Assembly (NCBI GenBank): GCA_947572405.1 | Contig: CANPBV010000002.1 | Location: 1 to 38,256 of the forward strand | Source of the DNA: an uncultured Mycoplasmatota bacterium | Lineage (GTDB): Bacteria > Bacillota_I > Bacilli_A > RF39 > UBA660 | Reading direction: 5' to 3' | Length of the DNA: 38,256 nucleotides | Shown here: positions 17,729 through 26,616 of the stretch, in pieces | How positions within the stretch are numbered: position 1 is the stretch's first letter | How the letters are laid out: every line of letters begins with the position of its first letter | Notes under the pieces: generated by a model | What the model was told of the DNA's origin: nothing | The model's database searches: none | What the model saw: only the letters and a program-made list of their open reading frames with translations | Program-made: the position numbers and the translations under genes

Positions 17729-19729
17729 TTAATCGGCAATATAAATTGTGTATGTTTTACAACTTACAATAGGGGTCCCAACCGAAGTAGGTGATGAATC
17801 TAGTACCATACCTGCTTGGCGGTTATCATTATGCTCTTTGGCTATAATATTGAATGTAGCACCTGGATAATTCGTTGATAATTTTGATTTAAGACTGGCA
17901 ATTGTTTTATTGGCGTTCCCTAGAATGAGCCAACTTTCCTGAATCACTAGATTTCCTAAGCCTTTTTCAACACAGCTAGGAATAGGTTGTTGATTTGAAG
18001 AACCAGAATTTCCACCATTTGATTGATTACCTGACGATGAACTATTATTTGTAGGTTTAGGACCATTACTAACAGTTAATACAACTGTTGTCCCATCGAT
18101 AACTTTTGATCCAGAGCTCATGCTTTGATTAAATATAATACCTTTGGTTTTACTACTATAGACATAGGACATTTTACAAGTAATTCCTAAGTTATTACAA
18201 GTTGCTTGTGCTTTGCTTGTACTCATTCCAATGAAACTAGGGAGTTCTATAGAAGCACCTAAAGATATGACAACTTTAAATTCATCACCTGGATTAATTT
18301 CTTCACCTGGGTTTTTAGAAATGCTGATAAATTTTCCTTTTTCAACAGTTTCACTAAATTCGGATTCTTCACTTAATGTCAATTTATTTTCATTTGCAAA
18401 ATTACGAAGTGCAGTAATATCTCCATCTGCTACTGTGATCATCTTTAAAGTTCCCTTAGAAGTAACGATATTAATTCGTGCATTTTCTTCTAGAGTATCT
18501 CCTTCTTTTACGCTAACTCTAATGATTCCCCCCGCTTTAATTTCACTACTATATTCACTTTCATAGACAATAACTAACTTATTTTTAATTGCCCATTCTG
18601 TAATTTCCTCTAATGACATTTTTGTTAAATCAGGGGCAATAATTTTTGGGCCCTTAGAGATAACAACTTGTACAACAGTTTCCTTTTGATCGATTAATGT
18701 TCCGCTACTTGGAGTAGTAGAAATAATGTTGCCAGCTTTGATGTCATTGCTAAATTGATAACTTAGCTCATATTGAATACCATTTCGTTTCAGCCATAAA
18801 ATCGCATCAAATTCTTCAAAGTCAATCAAATCCTTTAAATCAACAGGTTTTAAATCTGCTTCATTCCCAAGAGAAAATGTGATATCAATTTGTTCATTTC
18901 TTCTAACTTCTCCTGCTTTGCTTTGTTCAAATACAATGTCCTTTTCGATTGCCTCATTAAACTGATATTCAATATTTACATTGTTTAATTTTAATTCCTT
19001 AATTTTTGTAACTACATCCTCTACATTCCAACCAACCATATTGGGAATGCTGACAATGGATTCATAATTAGGACCATTAGAAACAACCACTTCTAGGGAC
19101 TTTACTTCCTTTACTAATGTGTTAGCAGGAATACTTTGACTGATCACATGATCGCTTTCTATAGAATCACTATACTCATAGGTTTGCTCTAAAGTGATCT
19201 TATTTTTGTTTGCCCATTTTACTACTTCATTGATACTTACATTACTAAAATCTCCAACCGTTCTTAGAGTTGGTAATGTTAGAATATTAGAAGTAATCAG
19301 AAATTGAAACCCTGTATATAGAGTAATCAATATAATACCAAATATTTCTAGCCTCTTTTGTATTTTCTTACTTGATGTAAAACCAGTTAAAACCATAAAA
19401 ATACCAATTATAAATAAGCATGCACTTGAAATAATTAAATAGGGTTGGTTCACTTGATCAGTGGATTTTACAATTGTATATATTAAGTAACTTAGACCAG
19501 ATACCAGCGCGATAAAAGAAATTGTAGTAAGCAAAACCCGCGACTTTTTAGGAGTATCATTAGATGTTTTTTTAATTTTTCTATTTTCTTTGTTTCCTGC
19601 TTTTTGATTTGCTTTCTTTTCTGTTTTGCGTTTTAACTTTGACTTTTCTTTGCCACTATGATTTTCCTCATCTTCTTTTAATGCACTTAATAAATCTAGT
19701 TTTTCTTTTAACTGATCATTTTCATTCAT
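17729..19729 (-). CDS. Membrane protein with six tandem PASTA repeats and no kinase or transpeptidase domain
   Basis: A Lys-rich ~65-aa N-terminal tail and three TM helices precede six ~65-70-aa repeats. Each repeat ends in a [VI]xxSxG strand (VVVSNGPN, ITFSLGNE, VVISKGPK, IVTSKGT, VVISLGAS, LTVSNGPK). A Ser/Asn/Gly linker and an ~85-aa C-terminal domain follow. SD agaggtga upstream. Confidence 0.8.
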   Translation of the reverse strand: MNENDQLKEKLDLLSALKEDEENHSGKEKSKLKRKTEKKANQKAGNKENRKIKKTSNDTPKKSRVLLTTISFIALVSGLSYLIYTIVKSTDQVNQPYLIISSACLFIIGIFMVLTGFTSSKKIQKRLEIFGIILITLYTGFQFLITSNILTLPTLRTVGDFSNVSINEVVKWANKNKITLEQTYEYSDSIESDHVISQSIPANTLVKEVKSLEVVVSNGPNYESIVSIPNMVGWNVEDVVTKIKELKLNNVNIEYQFNEAIEKDIVFEQSKAGEVRRNEQIDITFSLGNEADLKPVDLKDLIDFEEFDAILWLKRNGIQYELSYQFSNDIKAGNIISTTPSSGTLIDQKETVVQVVISKGPKIIAPDLTKMSLEEITEWAIKNKLVIVYESEYSSEIKAGGIIRVSVKEGDTLEENARINIVTSKGTLKMITVADGDITALRNFANENKLTLSEESEFSETVEKGKFISISKNPGEEINPGDEFKVVISLGASIELPSFIGMSTSKAQATCNNLGITCKMSYVYSSKTKGIIFNQSMSSGSKVIDGTTVVLTVSNGPKPTNNSSSSGNQSNGGNSGSSNQQPIPSCVEKGLGNLVIQESWLILGNANKTIASLKSKLSTNYPGATFNIIAKEHNDNRQAGMVLDSSPTSVGTPIVSCKTYTIYIAD

Positions 19730-19791
19730 TTATCATCACCTCTTATAATACTATTATATCTTATTTTATAGAATATGAAAATAGGAAAGAA

Positions 19792-19823
19792 ATTTCATTT
19801 TGTAGTACTTTACAAAATGAAAT
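19792..19823. promoter_or_regulatory. 13-bp perfect inverted repeat with a 6-nt spacer in the divergent intergenic region
   Basis: atttcattttgta (19792-19804), spacer gtactt, tacaaaatgaaat (19811-19823). Checked base by base. Confidence 0.5.
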
Positions 19824-19894
19824 GGGCTTGTAAAATTATAATTTTAAAACTTTTATTTTTATTTGAGTTTTTCATTTGATAATGAGGCAAAACA

Positions 19895-19924
19895 TTGTCA
19901 ATAGCAATAAATATATGTTATAAT
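19895..19924 (+). promoter_or_regulatory. Candidate promoter of the polysaccharide operon
   Basis: -35 ttgtca (19895-19900), 18-nt spacer, TGt extension, -10 tataat (19919-19924). Confidence 0.5.
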
Positions 19925-19972
19925 AAGAAAGATTAGATGATTAATTTAAAAATAATTAGAAAGTAGGATAAT

Positions 19973-21628
19973 ATGATAACAAAAATTTATAATCAAAAAT
20001 TAGTAGCTTTATTTATAATCTTGCAACCGCTATTGGATGTTTTGACATATTTTTCAAATAGCAAGTTAGGCATGAGTATTGGCTTAATATGTAGAGGAAC
20101 GTTTTTATTTTATTGCACAATTTATCTTTTGTTTTTAGATAAAAAGGATAAGAAAATAACTTATGTTTTCTTTTGCTCGGTGGTTTTATACTTGGGATTG
20201 TTTTATTTTATTAATTGCCCGAATTTATCTATTTTTATATTTAAACTCAAGTTTATATTTAAACTGTTATTCTTCCCAATTACTTTATTATTTTTGATGA
20301 AGTTTTATGATGGTAATATTAAAAAAAATATAGTTTCATGTGCTACTATAATTGTGATTTTAATGTTAGTGGCTCAATTATTTGGTAATGCAATACCAAG
20401 CTATAATAGCGCTAAATTAGGAAATAGTGGATGGTTTTTTTCCGCCAATGAATTATCTAGTATGTGTGCAATAATAATTCCAATTGTATTCGCCAATTTT
20501 ATTAATAAAAGAAATAAATTCTGTTTTGTTATTTTTGCTTTATTGGCTTTCTGTATGCTATTAATTGGAACTAAAACGGCTTATTTATCAATTGGCTTGA
20601 CTGTAGGAATGTTTGCTTTGTATTATTTAGCAATGATGATCATTACAAAGGAACATTGCGGAAAACAAATAGTAATTTCCTTGATTGCCTTAACAATTTT
20701 TGGAGTGATTACTCCATTGACTTATGCACATAAAAATATATACATACAAGAAAGCAATACTGTAACTGATTTGATTTTGAACGGTCGAGACAAAATATTG
20801 GAAGAAAATATAAAAAAAGTAAATACAAACAATCCATTTGTAAGTACTTTTATGGGAGCGAAATTAAATTCAAAAAGCAATTATGAATTTGAACGTGACT
20901 TTTATACAATGTATTATAATTTTGGTTTATTTGGAATTGCGATATTTTTCTTCGTACCAATATATTATATAATCAAAAAATTCATTTATGTAATTAAAAA
21001 TAGAAAATTTTTAATTACACCTGCTCAATATGGAGCGTTTGTGGGTTTATCCATGGCTTTGGGAATTTCCTATATTGCAGGCCATACATTAATGGCACCA
21101 GCTGTTTCAATTTATATTGCTTTGCTAATGATTATTTTTACTTCAGAAAAAGAAATTTGTCCTGATAGAAAAGTCATGTTTATATCTAGTGTAGGAGGGC
21201 ATTTAACCCAAATGCTAGAATTAAAGTCTCTATTTAAAGAATATAACTATGTTTTGGTTACTGAAAAAACGGATGTTACAATTCCCTTAAAGGAAAAACA
21301 CAATACTCAATATTTAAAATATGGATCAAGAAAATATATATTTAAATATTTGTTTGTTGCAACATTTAATATATTAAAATCTTTATATTTATTTATGATT
21401 TATGATCCAGATGTCATAGTGACGACAGGAACCCATACAGCAGTACCAATGTGTTATATAGGCTGGTTTATGGGAAAAAAAGTGATATACATTGAAAGTT
21501 TTGCGAAAAGAACAAGCCCTACCTTAACAGGAAGAATTGTTTATCCTATTGCTACCACTTTTGTTGTACAATGGGAAAGCATGCTGAAGTGTTATCCAAA
21601 GGCACAATACTGGGGAGGAATATATTAA
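19973..21628 (+). CDS. Fusion protein: multi-TM Wzy/O-antigen-ligase-like domain + C-terminal Alg14-like (PssD/Cps14F-type) glycosyltransferase subunit
   Basis: About 390 aa hold roughly 10-12 TM helices and a LIGTKTAYLSIGL segment typical of the Wzy_C/O-antigen-ligase family. Next comes KVMFISSVGGHLTQMLELKSL...VIVTTGTHTAVP...YIESFAKRTSPTLTGR, the Alg14/PssD pattern as I recall it. Confidence 0.75.
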   Translation: MITKIYNQKLVALFIILQPLLDVLTYFSNSKLGMSIGLICRGTFLFYCTIYLLFLDKKDKKITYVFFCSVVLYLGLFYFINCPNLSIFIFKLKFIFKLLFFPITLLFLMKFYDGNIKKNIVSCATIIVILMLVAQLFGNAIPSYNSAKLGNSGWFFSANELSSMCAIIIPIVFANFINKRNKFCFVIFALLAFCMLLIGTKTAYLSIGLTVGMFALYYLAMMIITKEHCGKQIVISLIALTIFGVITPLTYAHKNIYIQESNTVTDLILNGRDKILEENIKKVNTNNPFVSTFMGAKLNSKSNYEFERDFYTMYYNFGLFGIAIFFFVPIYYIIKKFIYVIKNRKFLITPAQYGAFVGLSMALGISYIAGHTLMAPAVSIYIALLMIIFTSEKEICPDRKVMFISSVGGHLTQMLELKSLFKEYNYVLVTEKTDVTIPLKEKHNTQYLKYGSRKYIFKYLFVATFNILKSLYLFMIYDPDVIVTTGTHTAVPMCYIGWFMGKKVIYIESFAKRTSPTLTGRIVYPIATTFVVQWESMLKCYPKAQYWGGIY

Positions 21629-22095
21629 TGATTTTAGTTACTTTAGGAACACAAAAGGAACCTTTCACAAGACTATTAAAATATATTGAAGAAAGTCAGA
21701 TCAAAGAAGAAGTCATAGTACAAGCAGGGCATACAAAATATGAAAGTCAGAAAATGAAAATATTTGATTTTATTCCTTATGAAAAAATGAATGAATATAT
21801 AGAAAAAGCGGATCTTATAATTACACATTCAGGGACAGGTTCTGTATTAATGCCCTTAAAAAAAGGGAAAAAAATAATAGTGTGCGCTAGACTTCAAAAG
21901 TATGATGAACACGTAGATGATCATCAAAAGCAGTTGGTAGAGGTTTTTAAAGAGGAGGGATATGTTCTTGAATTGGACGAAGACAATTCATTAGATGAAT
22001 TGTTAAAACAAATAAAAGATTTTAAACCCAAAAAATATGAAAGTAATACAGAAACCTTTATGGCAAAATTAAGAAAAGAAATTGATTGTTTATAA
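21628..22095 (+). CDS. Alg13-like (PssE/Cps14G-type) glycosyltransferase catalytic subunit
   Basis: MILVTLGTQKEPFTRLL...IITHSGTGSV...DDHQKQL is the GT28 C-terminal/Alg13-type pattern. The ATG at 21628 overlaps the upstream stop (TAATG) and has SD ggagga. The longer track start at 21571 is rejected. Confidence 0.8.
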   Translation: MILVTLGTQKEPFTRLLKYIEESQIKEEVIVQAGHTKYESQKMKIFDFIPYEKMNEYIEKADLIITHSGTGSVLMPLKKGKKIIVCARLQKYDEHVDDHQKQLVEVFKEEGYVLELDEDNSLDELLKQIKDFKPKKYESNTETFMAKLRKEIDCL

Positions 22096-22130
22096 TATAC
22101 AATTTATAAAAAGAAAAGGAATTACTGATA

Positions 22131-22856
22131 ATGGAAAAAATATTGTTAATAGTACCTGCTTATAATGAAGAAAAAAACATAAAGAGAACCATAGACAGTA
22201 TAATAAAATTTGAAAAAGTAAAACTTGATTATATTGTGATTAATGATGGATCCAAAGATGCAACAGAAATGGTGTTAAAGGAAAATAATTTCAAATATAT
22301 ATCTCTTCCTTATAACATGGGAATTGGGGTAGCGGTTCAAACTGGATATAAATATGCATATGAGAACAATTATGATATAGCAGTCCAATTTGATGGAGAT
22401 GGACAACATGATATCGAATATATAGATCAATTAATCAAACCGATTTTAAGAGATGAAGCTGATATTGTTATAGGGAGTAGGTATATAGATACTACTTCTG
22501 AATTCAAATCTACATTTTTTCGACAAATTGGAATTAAAGTGATTTCTGCTTTGATTAAAGGGCTAACACAAAAAAGTATAAAGGATGTAACTAGTGGTTA
22601 TAGAGCTGTAAATAAGAGTTTAATTCAGATATTTTCTAAGGCTTATCCACAAGAATATCCAGAACCAATTACGAATTATGCTATGTTAAAACGGCATTAT
22701 AGAGTAAAAGAGGTTGGTGTTAATATGTATCAAAGAAAAATTGGAAAGTCTTCTATCAGGTCATTGAAATCTATATATTATATGTTTAATGTTTTTATGT
22801 CCATATTATGTTTTAATTTCAAAGAATATAGGGAGGAAAAACATGATATCAATTAA
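22131..22856 (+). CDS. GT2 family glycosyltransferase (polyprenyl-phosphate sugar synthase/DPM1-GtrB-like, lacking C-terminal TM helices)
   Basis: LLIVPAYNEEKNI, VINDGSKDAT, FDGDGQHD and VIGSRY motifs. 241 aa. Confidence 0.85.
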   Translation: MEKILLIVPAYNEEKNIKRTIDSIIKFEKVKLDYIVINDGSKDATEMVLKENNFKYISLPYNMGIGVAVQTGYKYAYENNYDIAVQFDGDGQHDIEYIDQLIKPILRDEADIVIGSRYIDTTSEFKSTFFRQIGIKVISALIKGLTQKSIKDVTSGYRAVNKSLIQIFSKAYPQEYPEPITNYAMLKRHYRVKEVGVNMYQRKIGKSSIRSLKSIYYMFNVFMSILCFNFKEYREEKHDIN

Positions 22857-23187
22857 TTTAAAATTGTTTTTAGGAATTGTAACGATTGTTTATTTTATTA
22901 TTATTTTAATAGCCATAAAGAAGGAATCCATGCCTATAAAAAGTTCAATTATATGGTTTTTCTTTGGCATAATTATGGTGATCTGCATTTTTATAGGCCC
23001 GTTTTTGGACCTCATTTGTGAAGTAATTGATGTAAAAGAGGTTTCCAATTTATTATTATTTGGTGGATTTATGTCACTCTTAATATTATCATTCGACTTA
23101 TATGTTTTATATTATAAATTGAAGAAAAATAATATTATATTGGCCCAGAAAGTGGCGATCTTGGAAAATGAAATCAAGAATAAATAA
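22843..23187 (+). CDS. Small three- to four-TM membrane protein (DUF2304-like, commonly paired with GT2)
   Basis: The ATG at 22843 has SD gggagga and overlaps the GT2 gene by 14 nt. The protein is hydrophobic with a C-terminal amphipathic helix. The family assignment is from memory of the GT2+DUF2304 gene pairing. Confidence 0.5.
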   Translation: MISINLKLFLGIVTIVYFIIILIAIKKESMPIKSSIIWFFFGIIMVICIFIGPFLDLICEVIDVKEVSNLLLFGGFMSLLILSFDLYVLYYKLKKNNIILAQKVAILENEIKNK

Positions 23188-23569
23188 TTTAGTTTCTAAA
23201 TTATACACCCCAGTAAAATATCTTTTTTCATCAGGAATTTCTTTTGTAATAGACCAATTATTGTTTAATATATTAATATTTTTTTATAAAAAAAATGCCT
23301 TTGTAATTGTGGCAAAATTAATTGCTAGAGCAATTTCTTCACTGATTAATTTTTTTCTTAATTCCAAACTTGTTTTTTCTAGTAAAGATAGAAATTCGAT
23401 TTTTAAATATTACGCATTAGTGATGATACAAGCTCTCATTTCCAGCCTTTCTATTTATATACTCAAAAACATTTTTACCGAACTCTCAGTTAGCCTCATA
23501 AGCATATGCGTTGATATAATTATTTTTATAATTAATTATGTCATCCAGAAGGAGTGGATTTTTAAATGA
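23168..23569 (+). CDS. GtrA family membrane protein
   Basis: 133 aa with four TM helices. FSSGISFVIDQLLFNIL N-terminal pattern, and a WIF-type C-terminus (QKEWIFK). Confidence 0.8.
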   Translation: MKSRINNLVSKLYTPVKYLFSSGISFVIDQLLFNILIFFYKKNAFVIVAKLIARAISSLINFFLNSKLVFSSKDRNSIFKYYALVMIQALISSLSIYILKNIFTELSVSLISICVDIIIFIINYVIQKEWIFK

Positions 23570-25290
23570 TATATTTATTAAGATTGATTTTGTTTTGGTT
23601 TTCATATATAGGTATCATTCGATTTGTGAAAGACCGCTTAAAAATAGAATGCGATTTTTCATTAGGAATTACTACCTTATTACTAATTATCATTTTATTT
23701 CTGGCAAGCATTTTAAACATATTAAAATTGGTGTCATTTGCGTTGTTTATTTTAGGTATTTTATACAACATAATTTTTGCTTTTAAACAATTGAAAAACA
23801 AGCACAAAATCCAATTAAACTATAAAATAATTTTCATTGTAGTGTTTTTCATTTACTTAACTTTTATTGCAACACAATTTAAATTTAGCGGGTATGATAA
23901 TTTTTCTCATTGGGCTTTAATGGCTAAACAGTTGTTTACTTATGATGCATTACCATCCTTTGAATATGGTTTGGTTGACTTTACTACTTATCCCCCTGCT
24001 AGTTCTCTATTTATATATTACGTAGGATTGATAGCGGGAAGAGTAGAAACCTCCATGATAATAGGGCAACTTTACTTGACCTTTATATTTTTAACTCCAT
24101 TAATGGCATTTTTTAAAGAAAAAACAAAAAAGAGCAATGTTGTATTATTTTCTTTATTAACACTATTTATTTTGAATTGTAATATTGCGTTAATGGATTT
24201 AATGGTAGATACATTGCTAGGTAGTCTTGGAATTTTCTCCTGTTGCATAGCTTATTATTATAGAAATGATTTGAAAAAAGTTTTTCTATACCTGACTTTG
24301 ACCTCTAGTATATTTATGATATTAAAAAACAGTGGAGTTTTATTTATTGCTTTTAATGTTATTTTATTATTTATTGTAGGAGTATATAATAAAAAAATAA
24401 AAAAATCTATATTATATGGGACATTGCTTTTACTAATTGCCTTTTCATTCTTTGTTTTATGGCAACAACATTTAAAAATGGTGTATCCAGGAGAAACAGG
24501 AGTGACGACAAAACATTCTATCAGTTTAGCGAATTTTAGGAGGACTATATCTAAAAATGGAATTGAGCAAACTAAAAAGGTTGGAATGAAATATTTGAGT
24601 AGTTTTGCAAATGTAAAAGATAATATTATTTTATATTATTTAGGAGCCATAAATATTTTGATTATTATAATGATGTTCGTTTCTAAAAAGTATAAAGAAT
24701 TATTACGAACCCTTTTATTTATCGATCTTATGTATGTAGGCTATTGGGCCTGTTTGGGAATTATGTATATTTTGTCTATGCCCTATGAAGAGGCAATTCG
24801 ATTGGCTTCTTATAGTAGATACATGATGTCATGTATTATTATATTTTTTGGGATTATAGGCATTATTACATTTGAATTAAATTCAAACAAAAATAAATTA
24901 TATAATATAACACTGTGTTGTTTTATTTTAAGTTCTATTTATTTTAATCCATTTAGTAATTATCAATATTTTTATCGTGGAAATGATCATTCGGAAATTG
25001 ATGAGATAGAAAAAATAGTAGAGAAGTATCCAATAGATGAATTTAAAGAAAACAATGTATATTTGTATCTTGATTGTGAGTTTACTTCATATTATCATTG
25101 GTTGTTACGTTATAAGTATTTTCAAAATAATGTTAGTGTAAAATGTGGCACAACTGATACAACAGCATTAGAAAGCGAAGCAATTGCGATTGTACCATTT
25201 TATGCAGAACAGGTAGAACAAAATAATAAAAATCTTGTCAAAATTCGAGAGAATATATTTAAAGTGAAAGTAGAGGAGAATGAAGTATGA
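23566..25290 (+). CDS. Large polytopic membrane protein, candidate GT-C fold glycosyltransferase
   Basis: 574 aa, about 13 TM helices, with an acidic first-loop segment (SGYDNFSHW). ATGA overlaps at both ends indicate translational coupling with gtrA and ugd. The function is inferred from context only. Confidence 0.5.
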   Translation: MIYLLRLILFWFSYIGIIRFVKDRLKIECDFSLGITTLLLIIILFLASILNILKLVSFALFILGILYNIIFAFKQLKNKHKIQLNYKIIFIVVFFIYLTFIATQFKFSGYDNFSHWALMAKQLFTYDALPSFEYGLVDFTTYPPASSLFIYYVGLIAGRVETSMIIGQLYLTFIFLTPLMAFFKEKTKKSNVVLFSLLTLFILNCNIALMDLMVDTLLGSLGIFSCCIAYYYRNDLKKVFLYLTLTSSIFMILKNSGVLFIAFNVILLFIVGVYNKKIKKSILYGTLLLLIAFSFFVLWQQHLKMVYPGETGVTTKHSISLANFRRTISKNGIEQTKKVGMKYLSSFANVKDNIILYYLGAINILIIIMMFVSKKYKELLRTLLFIDLMYVGYWACLGIMYILSMPYEEAIRLASYSRYMMSCIIIFFGIIGIITFELNSNKNKLYNITLCCFILSSIYFNPFSNYQYFYRGNDHSEIDEIEKIVEKYPIDEFKENNVYLYLDCEFTSYYHWLLRYKYFQNNVSVKCGTTDTTALESEAIAIVPFYAEQVEQNNKNLVKIRENIFKVKVEENEV

Positions 25291-26615
25291 AAATAGTGAT
25301 AGCAGGAACTGGATATGTGGGATTGGTTACTGGTGTAGTGTTAGCGAATACTGGGCATAATGTGACTTGTGTAGATGTGGATCAAAAGAAAATTGACTTG
25401 ATGAATAGTGGCAAAAGTCCGATTTATGAAGAGGGCTTAGAAGAATTGATGGTAAAAAACAAAGAGCGTTTAAATTATACAACAGATTATAAAAACGCTT
25501 ACAAAAATGCTGAAGTAATATTTATAGGTGTTGCAACCCCTGAACATGTAGATGGATCAGCTAATTTAGATTATGTGTATGAAGTTGTAAAACAAATCGC
25601 CGAAAACCTAGAAAATGATTGTATAGTGGTTATAAAATCGACAGTGCCAATTGGAACGAATGATGAAATAGAAAAATATTTAAAAGAACATGTTAAAGAA
25701 AATATTCAAATATCAATTGTAAGTAATCCAGAATTTTTGGCACAGGGAACCGCAGTAAAGGACACATTATATGCTTCAAGAATTGTTGTTGGAACAGAGG
25801 ATGAAAGAGCCAAAGAAATTATGCGAGAATTGTATGAACCATTGACAAAAGAACCTTATAATGTTCCTTACATTTCAATGAATAGAAAAAGTGCGGAAAT
25901 GGTTAAATATGCATCCAATGATTTTCTGGCATTAAAAATTTCATATATTAATGAGATTGCTAATTTTTGTGAAAAAGTTGGCGCTAATATAGAAGATGTA
26001 ACAAAGGGAATGGGCTATGATCCTAGAATTGGAAATAAATTTTTAAAAGCAGGAATTGGATATGGTGGCTCTTGTTTCCCAAAAGATACAAAAGCACTTC
26101 ATTGGCTTAGTAGAAAATTTGAGGCTGAACTAAAAACGGTGAGGGCTTGTATTGAAGTCAATAAGCTTCAAAAAATTAGAATGTATACAAAATTAAAAAA
26201 CGATTTTAAATCACTTAATGGAGAGAATGTTGCAGTGCTTGGATTAACATTTAAAGCAGGAACCGATGATATGCGGGAAGCCCCATCAATAGACAATATT
26301 GAGCTTTTGTTAGATGCAGGTGCCAACGTTCATGCTTATGATCCTATTGGAATCGAAAAATTTAAAACCGCTATTGCTAATAGAATCCCAGATGAAACTG
26401 TACAGAAAAGAATCCAATATTTTGACAATATAGATGCTACAATAAAAGATTGTGTTGCCGTCATGATTATGACAGAATGGCCAGAAATTGTAAATTACGA
26501 TATTAAGAATTTTAAAAAATTAATGAAAACAGTAGCTATATATGATGGAAGAAATTGTTATTCTTTAGAGGAAATAAAAAAAGAAAATGTAAAATATGAA
26601 TCGATAGGTAGATAA
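25287..26615 (+). CDS. ugd: UDP-glucose 6-dehydrogenase
   Basis: Rossmann IAGTGYVGL, NPEFLAQG, catalytic GYGGSCFPKDT, LTFKAGTDDMREAP. Confidence 0.92.
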   Translation: MKIVIAGTGYVGLVTGVVLANTGHNVTCVDVDQKKIDLMNSGKSPIYEEGLEELMVKNKERLNYTTDYKNAYKNAEVIFIGVATPEHVDGSANLDYVYEVVKQIAENLENDCIVVIKSTVPIGTNDEIEKYLKEHVKENIQISIVSNPEFLAQGTAVKDTLYASRIVVGTEDERAKEIMRELYEPLTKEPYNVPYISMNRKSAEMVKYASNDFLALKISYINEIANFCEKVGANIEDVTKGMGYDPRIGNKFLKAGIGYGGSCFPKDTKALHWLSRKFEAELKTVRACIEVNKLQKIRMYTKLKNDFKSLNGENVAVLGLTFKAGTDDMREAPSIDNIELLLDAGANVHAYDPIGIEKFKTAIANRIPDETVQKRIQYFDNIDATIKDCVAVMIMTEWPEIVNYDIKNFKKLMKTVAIYDGRNCYSLEEIKKENVKYESIGR

Positions 26616-26616
26616 G

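Noticed and set aside
21571-21627. Upstream-extended track starts (21571, and likewise 22789, 34414, 9253, 9996, 5558, 38041)
   Set aside because: In each case an internal ATG with a well-spaced SD and a family-typical N-terminus is the more plausible start. The extension overlaps the preceding gene or lacks an SD.
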